A stretch of DNA of 62,429 nucleotides, the filler included, from Polymyxa betae A26-41 (lineage: Eukaryota; Protista; Endomyxa: Phytomyxea): assembly GCA_003693705.1 (NCBI GenBank). It is 6 parts of 6 records of this genome, joined end to end, with 100 filler letters (N's around TTAATTAATTAA, not from the genome) between each part and the next. Parts side by side here need not be neighbours in the genome. Positions count along the whole stretch, not along the records: positions 37,631 to 51,383 come from RBZT01000730.1; positions 51,484 to 58,775 come from RBZT01000773.1; positions 58,876 to 62,429 come from RBZT01000968.1; 3 more parts are not named here. One strand, 5' to 3'. A program made the position numbers and the translations under genes. The notes under the pieces were generated by a model, which made no database searches, was not told where the DNA came from, and worked only from the letters and a program-made list of their open reading frames with translations. Shown piece after piece: positions 51,162-62,429 of the stretch. Numbering within the stretch: the first letter of the stretch is position 1; each line of letters begins with the position of its first letter.

Positions 51162-51383
51162 TATGCGCCGAAAAATTTACGAAAATTTATTGATGAAAAG
51201 CCACAATGGAAAGCTGAAAAAAGGGTCGATTAAAGATCTTTCTCAAGAGCTGAACATAAATAGGCGAACAGTAGAACGGATTTGGTATCGACATAAACAA
51301 TGCGTGAAAGACGGCGTACAGACCAACGTACTTTCTCGAAAAAAAGGCCGCGTTGGACGAAAAAAAATTGATATCGACAGAGA
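51162..51383 (+). mobile_element. mariner-like (plant/oomycete DD39D-type) transposase N-terminal HTH fragment
   Basis: RRKIYENLLMKSHNGKLKKG..RRTVERIW..VLSRKKGRVGRKKID; runs off the contig. Confidence 0.75.
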
Positions 51384-51590
51384 NNNNNNNNNNNNNNNNN
51401 NNNNNNNNNNNNNNNNNNNNNNNNNNNTTAATTAATTAANNNNNNNNNNNNNNNNNNNNNNNNNNNNNNNNNNNNNNNNNNNNCAAAGTCGTAAGCAGAG
51501 TCGGTAGTAACAACTAAAGCCATAACATTGTATTGAGGATGAGAGAGAGAAATGTTTGTTAAGACTTAAGACAGCAGATTTCAAGCGGGG

Positions 51591-53790
51591 TCAATTTTGA
51601 TTGAGAAAAGCTTCCATATCAAGCAAAGAGCCAACATTCGCCAGAATGTCATAAAATAACTGCATCTGCTTGTACTGAGATGGGTCGAAGGCGCACTTGG
51701 ACAACTGCTCGATACCCTGATTCTGGAGACGTCGCAGCTCCGCGTAGTCAGGGCTTTCAGAACCTGGCGAACGTTGATCAAGCTCGCGCTTGATCACTGC
51801 CCATAGTATAGTGGTGAAAATACGCTCGTGGTCCTTAATTGAAGATAGAATGGCGCATCCGTCAACGATGTTCGCTTCATAAACTGAAAAACGATCAGAG
51901 CTACACTTTTGTAAAATTTCTCGAAAACTTTCGAAAGAGTGGGCTATCACGCCGTTTAGAGAAAACATTGAACAAGGATCGCTTTAATTGAAAATGCGTC
52001 AAATTCTTTCCTCTCTGTGAAGAATACTTGAAAAAAAAACAATTCTGCTGGAAAAATATAAAAATCACCTTTTCGCACTGATGAGACCAGCGCTATAGGC
52101 AACGTGGAACTTCACAATTGGTTCCATGTCAATGTCACGGGAGTCGTACAGCGATTTCAACACCAGCGCCCATAAACGGTAATCGCGACGATCCGACTTA
52201 AGGAAGCTCTGTGTCAGAACGTTGTCCCAGGCCTCGCGCGGCTTGGTGTCCGACTTGAGGACCATCTCGTACAGGACCTCACTCTGCAACCGTTCGCGGA
52301 CCTGCTTGACCAGTTCGTCGGCTGCACCCGGAGAGACATCGCGGAACCTGTGCTAGGATTTTAGAATTTAGAATGAAGGTTGTTTTGTGGAGTGATTACC
52401 GCCCGTCCTTGATGAGCAGTAGATCTGTGTTACTGACAGCGCCCATCTGATTCTTTATCTCGAGGTAGAGCTCGGATATCAGATCCAGGGCGTTCGTCGA
52501 TATAGCACGGGATATGTCCGCCAATTTGTCGGCATCTTGGCTCAGCGCTGTCAGCTCGATAGGTTCGACTTGATTCTTGGAGAGATCAAAAGCGGTTTTC
52601 ATGTCACTGAGGAAAGAGCCATCATCCGTCATTTTGGCATAAAACTTGTACAGCTCCTTGATCCGATGTTGGTCGGAGTTGAGCTTGGACGACAGCTGGG
52701 CACCCAGTTTGAGAATACGTCGCAGCTCGGTGTTGTCAGATTTTTCAGAAGCTGGCGAACGTTGATCAAGCGCGTAACGTTTACCAAGCGCCTGATCGAT
52801 CATTAACATTAGATAAGAGGTGAAAAGGCTCTCGCAGTTCTTGATTGAAGCCAGAATGACGCATCCGTCAATGAAGTTCGCAACTTCTGAATCGGTGTCG
52901 GGTACTCTGAAAAACGATCAGAGCTACACTTTGTAAAATTTCACGAAAACTTTCGAAAGAATGAGTTATCACGCCGTTTAGAGAAAACATTGAACAAAGA
53001 TCGCTTTAAACGAAAATGCGTCAAAATCTTTCCTCTTAGTGAAGAATACTTGAAAAACAAAACGTTTCTGCTAAAAGAATATAAAAAATCACCTTTCCGC
53101 ACTGGCAAAACCAGCGCAATATTCAAAGTAGCAATTAATTATTGTTTGCTTGTCAATGTCACGGGAGTCGTACAGCGATTTCAACAGCAGCGCGCATAAA
53201 CGGTAATCGCGACGATACGAATCATTGATGAACTTGGTCAGAACGTTGTCCCAGGCCTCGCGCGGCTCGGTGCTCGACTTGAGGCTCATCTGGTACAGGA
53301 CCTCCATCTGCAACCCTTCGCTGACCAGCTTGACCAGTTTGTCGGCTGCACCCGGAGAGACATTGCGGAACCTGTGTTAGGATTTTAGAGTTTAGAATGA
53401 AGGTTGTTTTGGAGTGATTACCGCTGTATGTCTGCGTTATTGAGAGCGCCCATCTGAATCATTGTCTCGATGAAGAGATCGGACGGCAGATCCAGGGCGT
53501 TCGTCGATTTAGCACGGAATAAGTCCGCCCATTTGTCGGCATCTTGGCCCAGCGCTGTCTGCTCGATAGGTTCGACTTGATTCTTGGAGACTGCCTTCAC
53601 GGCGCCAGACGACGATTGGCGTGAATAGATCGATGGGGACGCAAACTGTCGTGCTTCCATCGGCTGCCTCATGATACGTTTGAATGTGGGCGCAACCATT
53701 CGTGCATCGCTGAGAGCTGAATGAGAGAGCACGGGAGCAGCAACACCCGTAGCAGCTGGCGCCGTCAGAGTCACAGCATGAGCGCCCGTC
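51591..53790 (-). CDS. helical repeat protein gene built from ~1-kb tandem exon-intron units; 5' end missing
   Basis: Two units share SKNQVEPIE, EVLY.M.LKS.T.PREAWDNVLT, RRDYRL.AL.LKSLYDSRDID and LDQRSP.SE, plus duplicated ~50-nt and ~180-nt introns. Confidence 0.65.
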
Positions 53791-54128
53791 CAGACAGAGA
53801 TATCAGGGTGTTCCGGTATGAGTTGTCCATTGCTGTGCTTCTCGAGTGCCGATTTCCTGCTATTCAGATGAAATTTGCATTGACTCAATAATTTCGAGAG
53901 AATCCGATTCTATGATCTATTGTGGGTGGATTTTGGAGTCATATTCTTTTGCGATGGTAAGTTCGATTGCTAATCTGACTCTACAGAAAGGCGTCCATCC
54001 ATCTACATTGCATCCGGCACGATCCCATAAACGGTAATCTTCGCCCAGAAGGTTTCCTTGTGCTTCAGCTTTTATTACGGCTATAGCAGAGTCTGTTACT
54101 ATTTTATCCCGAAAGAGGGGAAATCGTG
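53788..54128 (-). mobile_element. fragment of a LINE related to 59915-62429 (RT-RNase H linker)
   Basis: FPL..DKI.TDSA..VIKAEAQGNLLG.DYR.W...GC.VDGWTPF.RVR.A.E and CKF....R.SALE.H.NG.LIPE..DI..WT are shared with 60664-61197. Confidence 0.9.
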
Positions 54129-54189
54129 ATCTCTCTATCATTAGCACACCGTATGTCAATCGCTCTGTTTACGTTACTTTCAGAAAACA

Positions 54190-54276
54190 GCCCGCGTAGC
54201 TCAATCGGTAGAGCGTGGGACTCTTACACTTGTAGGGTTCATCCCAAGGCTGCGGGTTCGAGCCCCGCCGTGGGCT
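54190..54276 (+). tRNA. tRNA-Lys(CTT) with 14-nt intron (54227-54240), intact
   Basis: Complete cloverleaf, GGTTCGAGCC B-box, T4 run downstream. Confidence 0.93.
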
Positions 54277-55384
54277 CACTTTTGTTTGCCTGGAAACCTT
54301 CAACAAAGTTTGACTTGTTTATTTTGGTGCACTTTCGTGATCGAATCGACTAGATGAACCGCTGAGGCAATTATAATTCTCATCCTCTATCTCTGAAGTC
54401 TCTACTTGTTCATCGTTGATAATCCTATTTTCCGAACAAATGCCTCGAATATGGTCAGAGATCGAGCAGCCGTTAGCTAACTCTCTCGATGATCACGACA
54501 AATTCTCATCTGAACTCGCTGTCAAGGACCTAAAGATAACTGGCTGTGGTTGGCAGCTGCTAAAGATAATGGATGCCAGAACAACCTCATCCGAGCAAAA
54601 CAATGCTTGATTCATTGATCTGGAAAGGCCTCTTCAGGTTCCAAAGATGAATGTCTCAATGACTGCGAGTTTCAGAAGTTCTGGAGACCAGACATGCAGT
54701 GATTTCGTGTCAGTCGATATTGATCTTGTTGTGGATATCTACAGAAGTCCCTCTACTAAGCGACAGGATCTGAAAGCGTTATTCTTATTATCCACCTTGA
54801 GCCTACTGATGGAGCCGCAACCCGATCAATTCTTTATTGTTAATTGATATGCTCGACTGATAGTAATTGTATATCGAATCGAGCAAGATTTCGATTCTGA
54901 CTTCTCCAGCACTTTCAAACGGCATCTGACGGGAAACAAGTTGATGTTCATATTCAGTAACAGCGGCTAGTCGATGCCGTCATAAAGTAGTTGAAGTGAT
55001 TCGAGGCCATCATCACGAAGCCAAGTAGATCATGATCTGTGAGATTGCATTTCCAATTCATAATTGCGATCTAATATTCCATCACTTCATTCTGTGATCT
55101 GGTTTCTACATGCTAATTAATTTTCAATAGCGATGGAAGATGCCGAATCCATTTGCTGCATAGGTAATTGGCAAGCACCGGGATTGATAATTTTAGATAA
55201 TCGTCGGGTATGCTGTCATTATTCATGCTCTAAATCGCAATCAAAAGCATGGTCATCCGCTTACCATTCAAGCCATGCCTAAACCCCCAAGAGAAGTTGA
55301 CTAAAGGTGTTTTCCATCTGGACCTCAAAGTTTATTATGAATGCATAAATCGACAGTTCTCGAGGAAAGAAATCGACGTACAGA

Positions 55385-55473
55385 CAGCCGGATTTTAGCT
55401 CTCAGCGTAGCTGGCTTGAAAAAACTCTTGGAGTAGAAGAAGGATTTTTTCTCGATTTCTATCCGAAATTCCG
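55385..55473 (+). mobile_element. Tc1/IS630-related DDE transposase fragment
   Basis: QPDFSSQRSWLE...LDFYPKF resembles the QPDF..Q.S.LE...FYPKFHCELN motif of fungal/protist Tc1-like transposases. Confidence 0.5.
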
Positions 55474-55736
55474 TAAGCTGACTGCAACACAAGTTGAATT
55501 CACAGTTAGAAATTGAAAAGCCATCGTTCGATTCCGATGTCCATTTTCACAGATCTGTAAAATATGATCAAATTCAATGTCAAATACAGATTTTGCGCAA
55601 GTGCGCAGTTTTATTTTGCCAACACACTTACACTTCCGAAATCAAAATTGAAATTTGTGTCGAGTTATGATGTCCCGCACCATACCGGAAATCGCCAGTT
55701 ATCTCGATTCATTCCCTTTTTGTTTTTACCGATCAG

Positions 55737-56837
55737 ATGATTCGGTTGTATTCGTATTGGCGCAGCTCGTGCTCGTACAGGGTTCGCATTGCTTTGAACC
55801 TCAAAGGCATCCGTTACGGTAGCTGCTAACCCGAAACGATTTCGTTCGGGGCTAATCCGCGATAGACTACGAGGCTGTCAATCTGCTCAAAGACGAGCAT
55901 GCCTCGGACGAATTCATGACTAAATCCCCAATGTGTCAAGTCCCTGCTCTTGAGTACGAATTTTTTGCTTTAGTTGCAGTTTGCCTACGTTAAATGTCTG
56001 CTTATACCGCGAGGAACTTATCTGCTGATCATAAAAAAGGGTTTTCACATAATGTTGCCACTTTTCTCTGTTTCGTTCACCATGTTCCATTTTGCCTGAG
56101 TTTCGACTTTGTAATTTGACCCTGTGTGCGAATCTCTTATCTGCGATTTTTAAAGCTAACCATCCCATATCTTCTTTCTTGTAAGATTGTCTTTCAATAA
56201 CTTTAATAGGATCGACGGGTGGGTTCTACATGAATCATTGGCTATCATCGAATATCTGGAAGAGACCCGCCCTAACGGTCCTCTACTACCATCTGACCCT
56301 TGTAAGTTACACTTACTTTGATGCTTCTCTGAGTTTTACATAGACCTACGATCTGTGGCACGGCGCCAAGCTCTGCTGATCGCTGCCGATGTCCAACCTG
56401 TTCAGAACTTGCGAGTTATTCGAAAGCAAACCGGCGACCAGAAGGAGTGGATCGTCCATTTCATCACGCTTGGGTTTACCGGTAACAGAACTTTCTGCTT
56501 TAAAGAAAGTTGTTTATCTGAATCAACCTTTCTAAGATGATTTGGTTTCCTCCTTGATTACCGCATTCATTTTTCTTTGTTATGCCTCTATATAGCTTCT
56601 GACAGTCTAAGTATAGCGTTGGAGAAGGACGTGAAGCAAACAGCTGGTCGATACTGTGTTGGCGACAATGTGACAATAGCCGATATCTGCCTGATCCCAC
56701 AAGTCTATAACGCGCGTCGTTTCGGCATCGACATGACGCAATTCCCAACTCTGAACCGGATTGCATCAGCTCTCGAGTCGATCGATGCCTTCGCCAAGGC
56801 GCATCCAGATCGACAGCCGGATGCTGTTAAAGCGTAG
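55737..56837 (+). CDS. GSTZ1: glutathione S-transferase zeta / maleylacetoacetate isomerase (5 exons)
   Basis: [77 protein letters not shown]; four in-phase GT-AG introns. Confidence 0.95.
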
Positions 56838-57121
56838 CTTCACTTCGTAACTGGCGATTCTGTCCAGCTGACAGCAAAATGGACTTTCTTTTCTAGCTTA
56901 ACCCAACCGCTATCAAGATAAACCAAATGAGCATACAGATATGAACTCTCCATTTTAATTTACCGATAGATCACGCCATAGCAGAATGATGCCAACGAAT
57001 TATAAGGAATAATCAATTCATCGATGGAAAGGAGGTTCGAAAGCAGATACAAGCGAATTCTGAATCATCAATTCTTGAAATACTGAAAACACAACAATTG
57101 TACAGTATATGTATTGCTATT

Positions 57122-58356
57122 TTACCAGTTTGTAATCCAGGACATTATTCGATGACACCAATTGTCATCAGGACGTGGCCTTTCGATTTCTACCAATGAG
57201 AAAGAGCGATTGGCTTGCGACCGACCCAGTTTCGAGCGATGTCGCGGCCTGAAAAGAGACAAATCAGAAACATTGTTTTTATGTCTTTGCAGCCAAACAT
57301 CGACGCATTCTGCACATCAAATATTCCAAAAATCAAACAAAAAAGTGAAAATAAAGTCAATGCTGCAACAAGCAAGAACGCGGAAAACTGAACCGAACTT
57401 GTTTTTAAAGATAGCCATCCCGTCAAAGTGATAAATGGAAAACCACGAGCTTACACCATGCTTGCCCCGCGTGTGATATCCATCTGCGGTTGAAGATCTT
57501 GGTCAAGGACGGGCTTGACTCCGATCATGAACGAACCATTGACGATTTTGCCATCTTGCTGTAGAGCCTGGTCGGCACCGATTGGATCGGAGTATTCGAT
57601 CTGAATCCAATTTCCATGCCCAACCGAATGCGATAGAATCTGGCCGTAATTCTGAAATCGGTCCAGTACGTTGGCGACGGAACCGGGCGGGAAGCCGAAT
57701 ACGAGAACTGCATTCCTGTTTGGGGCACGAATGAATACTGGAGACGGCGAGCGAATCGCGCTGGCGTTCAACGATTGGGATGGAGCAGCGGAACGAATAG
57801 GCGAAAGCGTGGCAGAGATGTCCATCTGTCAAGCACAAATTAACAAAGCGAACAAGCTGAGAAAGACAGCGAGTAAAAATAGCATCATAGACAAGATACC
57901 AGTCCCCGAATAGAAGCATGGCATTTGCACTAAATGCAAAAGTAAAAATGCACAAAAATAAAGTACGAAATAATGGTGAGAATGCTTCCAAAAGCAACAC
58001 AGACGTACCGGATTCAAATCGCTGTGGAGATCGCCTTCAACCGGCTCGAATAGGATGTTGTCGCGCTGGCCTATGGGAGGAAGATCATCAGCGGGAAACT
58101 TGGGATATTCGGGAGCGATATTGTTCGACTTGGGCGTGGCAGGCTTGCCAAAATCGAAATCTTTGCCTGGGACGGGAAATTGCGAGCCGAAAACGCGAAA
58201 GGCCATGGATGGCGTCGCAGGCGCCATGGACGGTGTCGATTTGGGACTCGAGCTGGACAGCAACCTCGACTGGCGCCTCGGCGATGAGTTCGTATCGGGA
58301 GCAGTGGCCACCGTCGCCGGTCCATAGGTCCAGAACGACGACGCCATTCCGTCCAT
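57122..58356 (-). CDS. NUP35: nucleoporin Nup35/Nup53 (3 exons)
   Basis: RRM-like VLVFGFPP..FQNYGQI..GNWIQIEY..ALQQDGKIV..MIGVKP; the spliced C-terminus WCHRIMSWITNW* fits the Nup53 amphipathic helix. Confidence 0.9.
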
Positions 58357-58511
58357 CAGGACGATTTCAAATACTTTTGAGAAAACTGCGTTGTTCGAAG
58401 AAAACTCGCGAATAAGGCCGTCAAAACTTGAGAACCCCAAAAAAGCAGAAAACTGCTCTGAGACGACAGAAATGTGCGTCACTCTAAAAATGCCAAAAAA
58501 GCCAAGTCGCC

Positions 58512-58520
58512 AAACCCTAA
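58512..58520 (+). promoter_or_regulatory. telo-box-like AAACCCTAA upstream of NUP35
   Basis: Exact motif about 155 bp upstream of the ATG; function inferred only by analogy with plant telo-boxes. Confidence 0.35.
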
Positions 58521-59914
58521 ACATCCCTGCCTATTTTGCGGATATCTCACCCTTCCCACTATGGGTCCCCGACCTGACGACCCAGTCAATTGGCGACCTT
58601 GCTGAAATATGCGTAAACAAAAGTAAAAAAGTGCGTTTCCAAAATTTGTTGCGATCTGAGTTAGTTTGCGAGTTTTTCGGAAGGTTTGCGGTTTGCTGTT
58701 AGGTTCCTATCTCTTTGTCTGGCAGTGACAGTGGACCATGTCCAGAACTGTGGCTAACCGACAATTCTCTCGCGANNNNNNNNNNNNNNNNNNNNNNNNN
58801 NNNNNNNNNNNNNNNNNNNTTAATTAATTAANNNNNNNNNNNNNNNNNNNNNNNNNNNNNNNNNNNNNNNNNNNNATATGCTGACAACATTGTAGATTAT
58901 TTTCTGACATACGGTGAAACTCCGCAAGATTATAATCACGGAGTATCCACAGAGATGTGCTCTGAACCATCTTGTTCCTCTCTCAATTCTGTTACCATAC
59001 AAGATGTACCAACTGTCTGTTTGACTTCATATGAAGATCGTAAGTAACATTATATTTCCCGTAGTTTGTTTTTATATGTTTCATGCAACATCAAATTTCA
59101 GTATGAATATTGTACAGAAATGATATCTAATAGACATATATAGAGGATATTCCTGATAATAAGAATATGTATCTCATTAATATTGATCATATCAAGACGT
59201 TCAAGACGTATACGGACTTAATGAAGGCTGCTCACAAACAAAATCCAGAGTATCAGTTTCATTTCGATTACTTCGGCGAAATCTACGATCTCACTACTCC
59301 TGAGGCCTATCAGCGGGCTGGTACGCCCCGATTTCGTCTATTACTGGGAGCTTGCTTCTGCACTGTGTAGAATCGGGCAGTCAGACCACGACTCAACCTC
59401 GGCAACCCAGCCGTTCGGCAGCGGCGCTTCCAGCATCATGCGTAGCAGGTCGTGCTGGCCCTCGGCCCTGATCAAAAGAGCGAACGATTTGTTCGAGATA
59501 GCAGCTGTTAGGTACTAAATGGGAGATCGGGGCAGAAAAGAACGCGTCCGACCGCAATATGATGGCGATGTGATTGGGGCGACCCGATTCGATCAGATCG
59601 TCGATCTGGTTGGATGGATTGGATGGATTGTATTGGATTATTCTAGTTCGTTGGCGCTCTATCCGAAACGCAAGGCCGATAGTACTCAGGCGTCTGGCCA
59701 TAATATCTATCAGTGCTTCTACTTCCAATTTCGAAGCGGTTCTTCATTACACCCGTTTATGTTCATCTCTATCCCGTACGGCCCTGTTAGTAGGACCTAG
59801 GAGAGTACTGATGATGTAGAGTAGGCACCCGCCCAATCCTACAGTTACTCGAACCCATGTACTCATACCTCTCAGATACCCCCCTACTGGTTTCCCAGCT
59901 TCCAATCTTAAGCG

Positions 59915-62429
59915 TTATATGTAGCAGCCTTTCTGGTAAGCGTATGTAAGGAAGTCGGCCATAAATGTGCTGTGTGTGTACAGTGCTTCGTTGAAGCTGG
60001 TGATGTCGAGTTCAGCGTATTTGTCTCGGAATTTTTTCAGTCGTTTTTTATACTTTTTGCATCGAATTAATTGATGTTCGATTGTTTCTGTGTGTCTCTT
60101 ACAATGTCGGCATGTATCTACAGATTCTATTCCTATATTCTTTAGATGTGCTCTAGCCCGTGTATGACCTGTTCGGACTCTGTTTAGTAGTGCATGATTG
60201 TTATTAATGGGGACGACTGTATCCTCCTCCCCATCGTCGTTGTTGATCTGCATTTTGCCTTCTATTAGAAGTGTTCTATCTGGGTAGCCATTAAATTTGC
60301 TACGTTTAATATTCGCTTTCAAATAATTCTGCAGTCGGAGTCTTTCACGTTTCTTAAACATTAACTTGTATGAGGATGTAAATGGGTCATGATCTACATC
60401 CCAATCCCCAGATTCGGCGGCCTCTTTTGCCAGTTGATCGATTTCCTCACTTTGTGCAATTTGTTCTTCTGTATGAGACGGAACGAAGTGTATTTCCACT
60501 TCGTTCAGATTTGTTAGTTCAGCTAACTGTTTCGCGACATCTTTCACCACTACGTTTGTATATTTATATTTGAAAGGGAGCGTGGCTAACTGCTGTATGC
60601 ATGAAAGTGAGTCTGTGAAGAGGTGAATCTGTCGCTCTTCTAAGTTAAGTGGAATTTATATAGCTAGGCCTGCTTGATAGCTAGGCCTGCTTGTATGGCT
60701 ATTATTTCAGCTTCATAACTCGATACAGCGTTTTCTATTTGTAAAGTTTTTTTGATGGGGTGTTCCAAGATCTCATCATGGTCTTCCCAATTTGAAATGT
60801 GAACTATCGCAGCTGCTCCGGTTAGAATGACTTCTTCACCATTCCCGCGTCTATGTCGGGTTAGGCTTCCATCTGTCCATATCTCGATATCTGTATTTTC
60901 TGGGATTAGGAGTCCATTTTGATGTAATTCGAGAGCAGATTCACGTGTATGCATATTGAATTTACACTTATTCAACGATTCGAGTGTCTGCGATTTAATG
61001 ATTTGCTGTGTGTGAATTCTAGAGCAGAAATTCTTTGCTCTTGTTTGTTCCAGAGCGATTCTCACTCGTCCAAAAGGCGTCCATCCATCGACGTGGCACC
61101 CTTGTTTCTCCCATTCGCGATAGTCTTTTCCTAACAAGTTTCCTTGAGCTTCGGCTTTTATAACTGTGAGGGCAGAATCTGTGAGTATTTTATCCAAGAG
61201 AAGGGGAAATCATGGAATTGCGTGTAGTAGAGGGATTGGAGTTGATCTCATACATCCTGGAAATGTTCTCATGTATTCTTTATATGCGAGCTCAAGAGGC
61301 TTTATAGTTGTTTTGATGGCTGTTTCACCTCCCAGCCATGGAATATAGTAATTAAACATGCCTCCTATGAAAGCATGACAGGCTTGTTGAAAGACTTTAT
61401 CAGGAATTCTGTATCGGCTTCACCTCCCAGCCATGGAATATAGTAATTAAACATGCCTCCTATGAAAGCATGACAGGCTTGTTGAAAGACTTTATCAGGA
61501 ATTCTGTATCGGCGAATTCGTTTGATGATTTTGCATCTTTTAATGATCTCTTTAGCGACTTTGTCTGTTCGTATTAAAAATGTTGAGTTGTTTTTGGCTT
61601 TGTTGGCGACAATTTCCGCTCCCAGATATTTTACTGATTACGCGGTTTTATCTTCATACCGTTCAGTTTAATGCAATCTTTAGGATGATATTCATTGAAT
61701 ATGACATGAGTTTTGCCTGCGTTGATTTTGATTTTGTTTTTGGCGTACCAACGGACCATCTTGGATAATTGGTGTTGCAAACTGCTTTTTACATGATCTT
61801 TCTCGGATTTGATGGCCCAGCCAATCGTATCGTCTACGTATGTGTTGGAATTCATTTCGTTTTAAGGGGATGTCGTATACAAAGATCAGCCATAAAAGGA
61901 CGCTGAGGCTGGATCCCTGTGGAATGCCATTTCCTTGTTGTCTGGGCTGTGTTTCATGTCCTCGATATGTTACAGTAAAAGTTCGATCTTTCAACCAAGC
62001 GTAAACAATGTTGATGAGGTATGCTGGGATCTTTAATTTGATCATTTTTTTTAACTAAAATGTGTTTCGGTACTCTGTCATATGCTTTTGTGAAGTCGTA
62101 GAGGATTGCTCCAAATTGTTTATCAGATCCTGCTGCAATTCCTGAATAATGTAACAGCCGCATTAATGCTTGCGATGTTGAATGTCCTGGTCTGCATCCG
62201 AACTGCTGACGTGGAAGTTTCTTTTCTACGACTTCTCTCATTCGTATTTGTATCATGTATTCGACTAATTTGGATAGGTTTGGTAACAAACTGATGGGTC
62301 GGTATTCCCCTGGTTTCGGCTTGGGAAGTGGTACTATGCGCGCTGCTTTCGGAGTTTGTGGGTATTCTCTTTGCTCAAAAATTTGGTTGTTTATGGCTTG
62401 CAAAATGAACTCTGCGAATTCACTCTCTT
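59915..62429 (-). mobile_element. non-LTR retrotransposon (I-group LINE with RNase H), ORF2 degenerate, 5' part outside the window
   Basis: RT YRPISLL, QFGCRPGHST, DFTKAYDRV, GIPQGSSLS, YVDD, KINAGKT; RNase H WTDGS, SSYEAEIIAI, FTDS, FVPSH, DQLAK; C-terminal CRHC..ETIEH..C. Confidence 0.95.

Noticed and set aside
12299-58875. Five identical N-flanked TTAATTAATTAA palindromes, and any gene-cluster reading across them
   Set aside because: Artificial six-frame-stop concatenation linkers; the neighbouring contigs are not shown to be linked.

Overview
Eukaryotic nuclear DNA with GT-AG introns of 42-300 nt, the standard genetic code and T2-5AGGG telomeric repeats, consistent with a compact protist genome; the taxon cannot be fixed from sequence alone. 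The window is six separate contigs joined by artificial 100-nt N44-TTAATTAATTAA-N44 linkers, so adjacency across the gaps means nothing. Genes: a 10-exon gene beside a telomeric array encoding a signal peptide, an atypical protein kinase domain, an acidic stalk and a C-terminal TM helix (predicted ecto-/luminal kinase, the best candidate for something new); a PA-domain plus 7TM receptor-like gene; a CCG-less tetraspanin; an ELM2/PLU-1/PHD chromatin protein; GST-zeta; Nup35. There are six tRNA or tRNA-like genes: three intron-containing Lys-CTT (two decayed), two Gly-CCC and one Val-AAC. Transposons are dense: a full-length Ty1/copia with TSD and a half-tRNA PBS, Ty3/gypsy pieces, an RNase H-bearing LINE plus a related fragment just upstream of a tRNA gene, a Mutator-like TIR element with a 10-bp TSD, CACTA, Harbinger and mariner remnants, and a MITE. 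All splice models and alignments were made by eye; no database searches were run.
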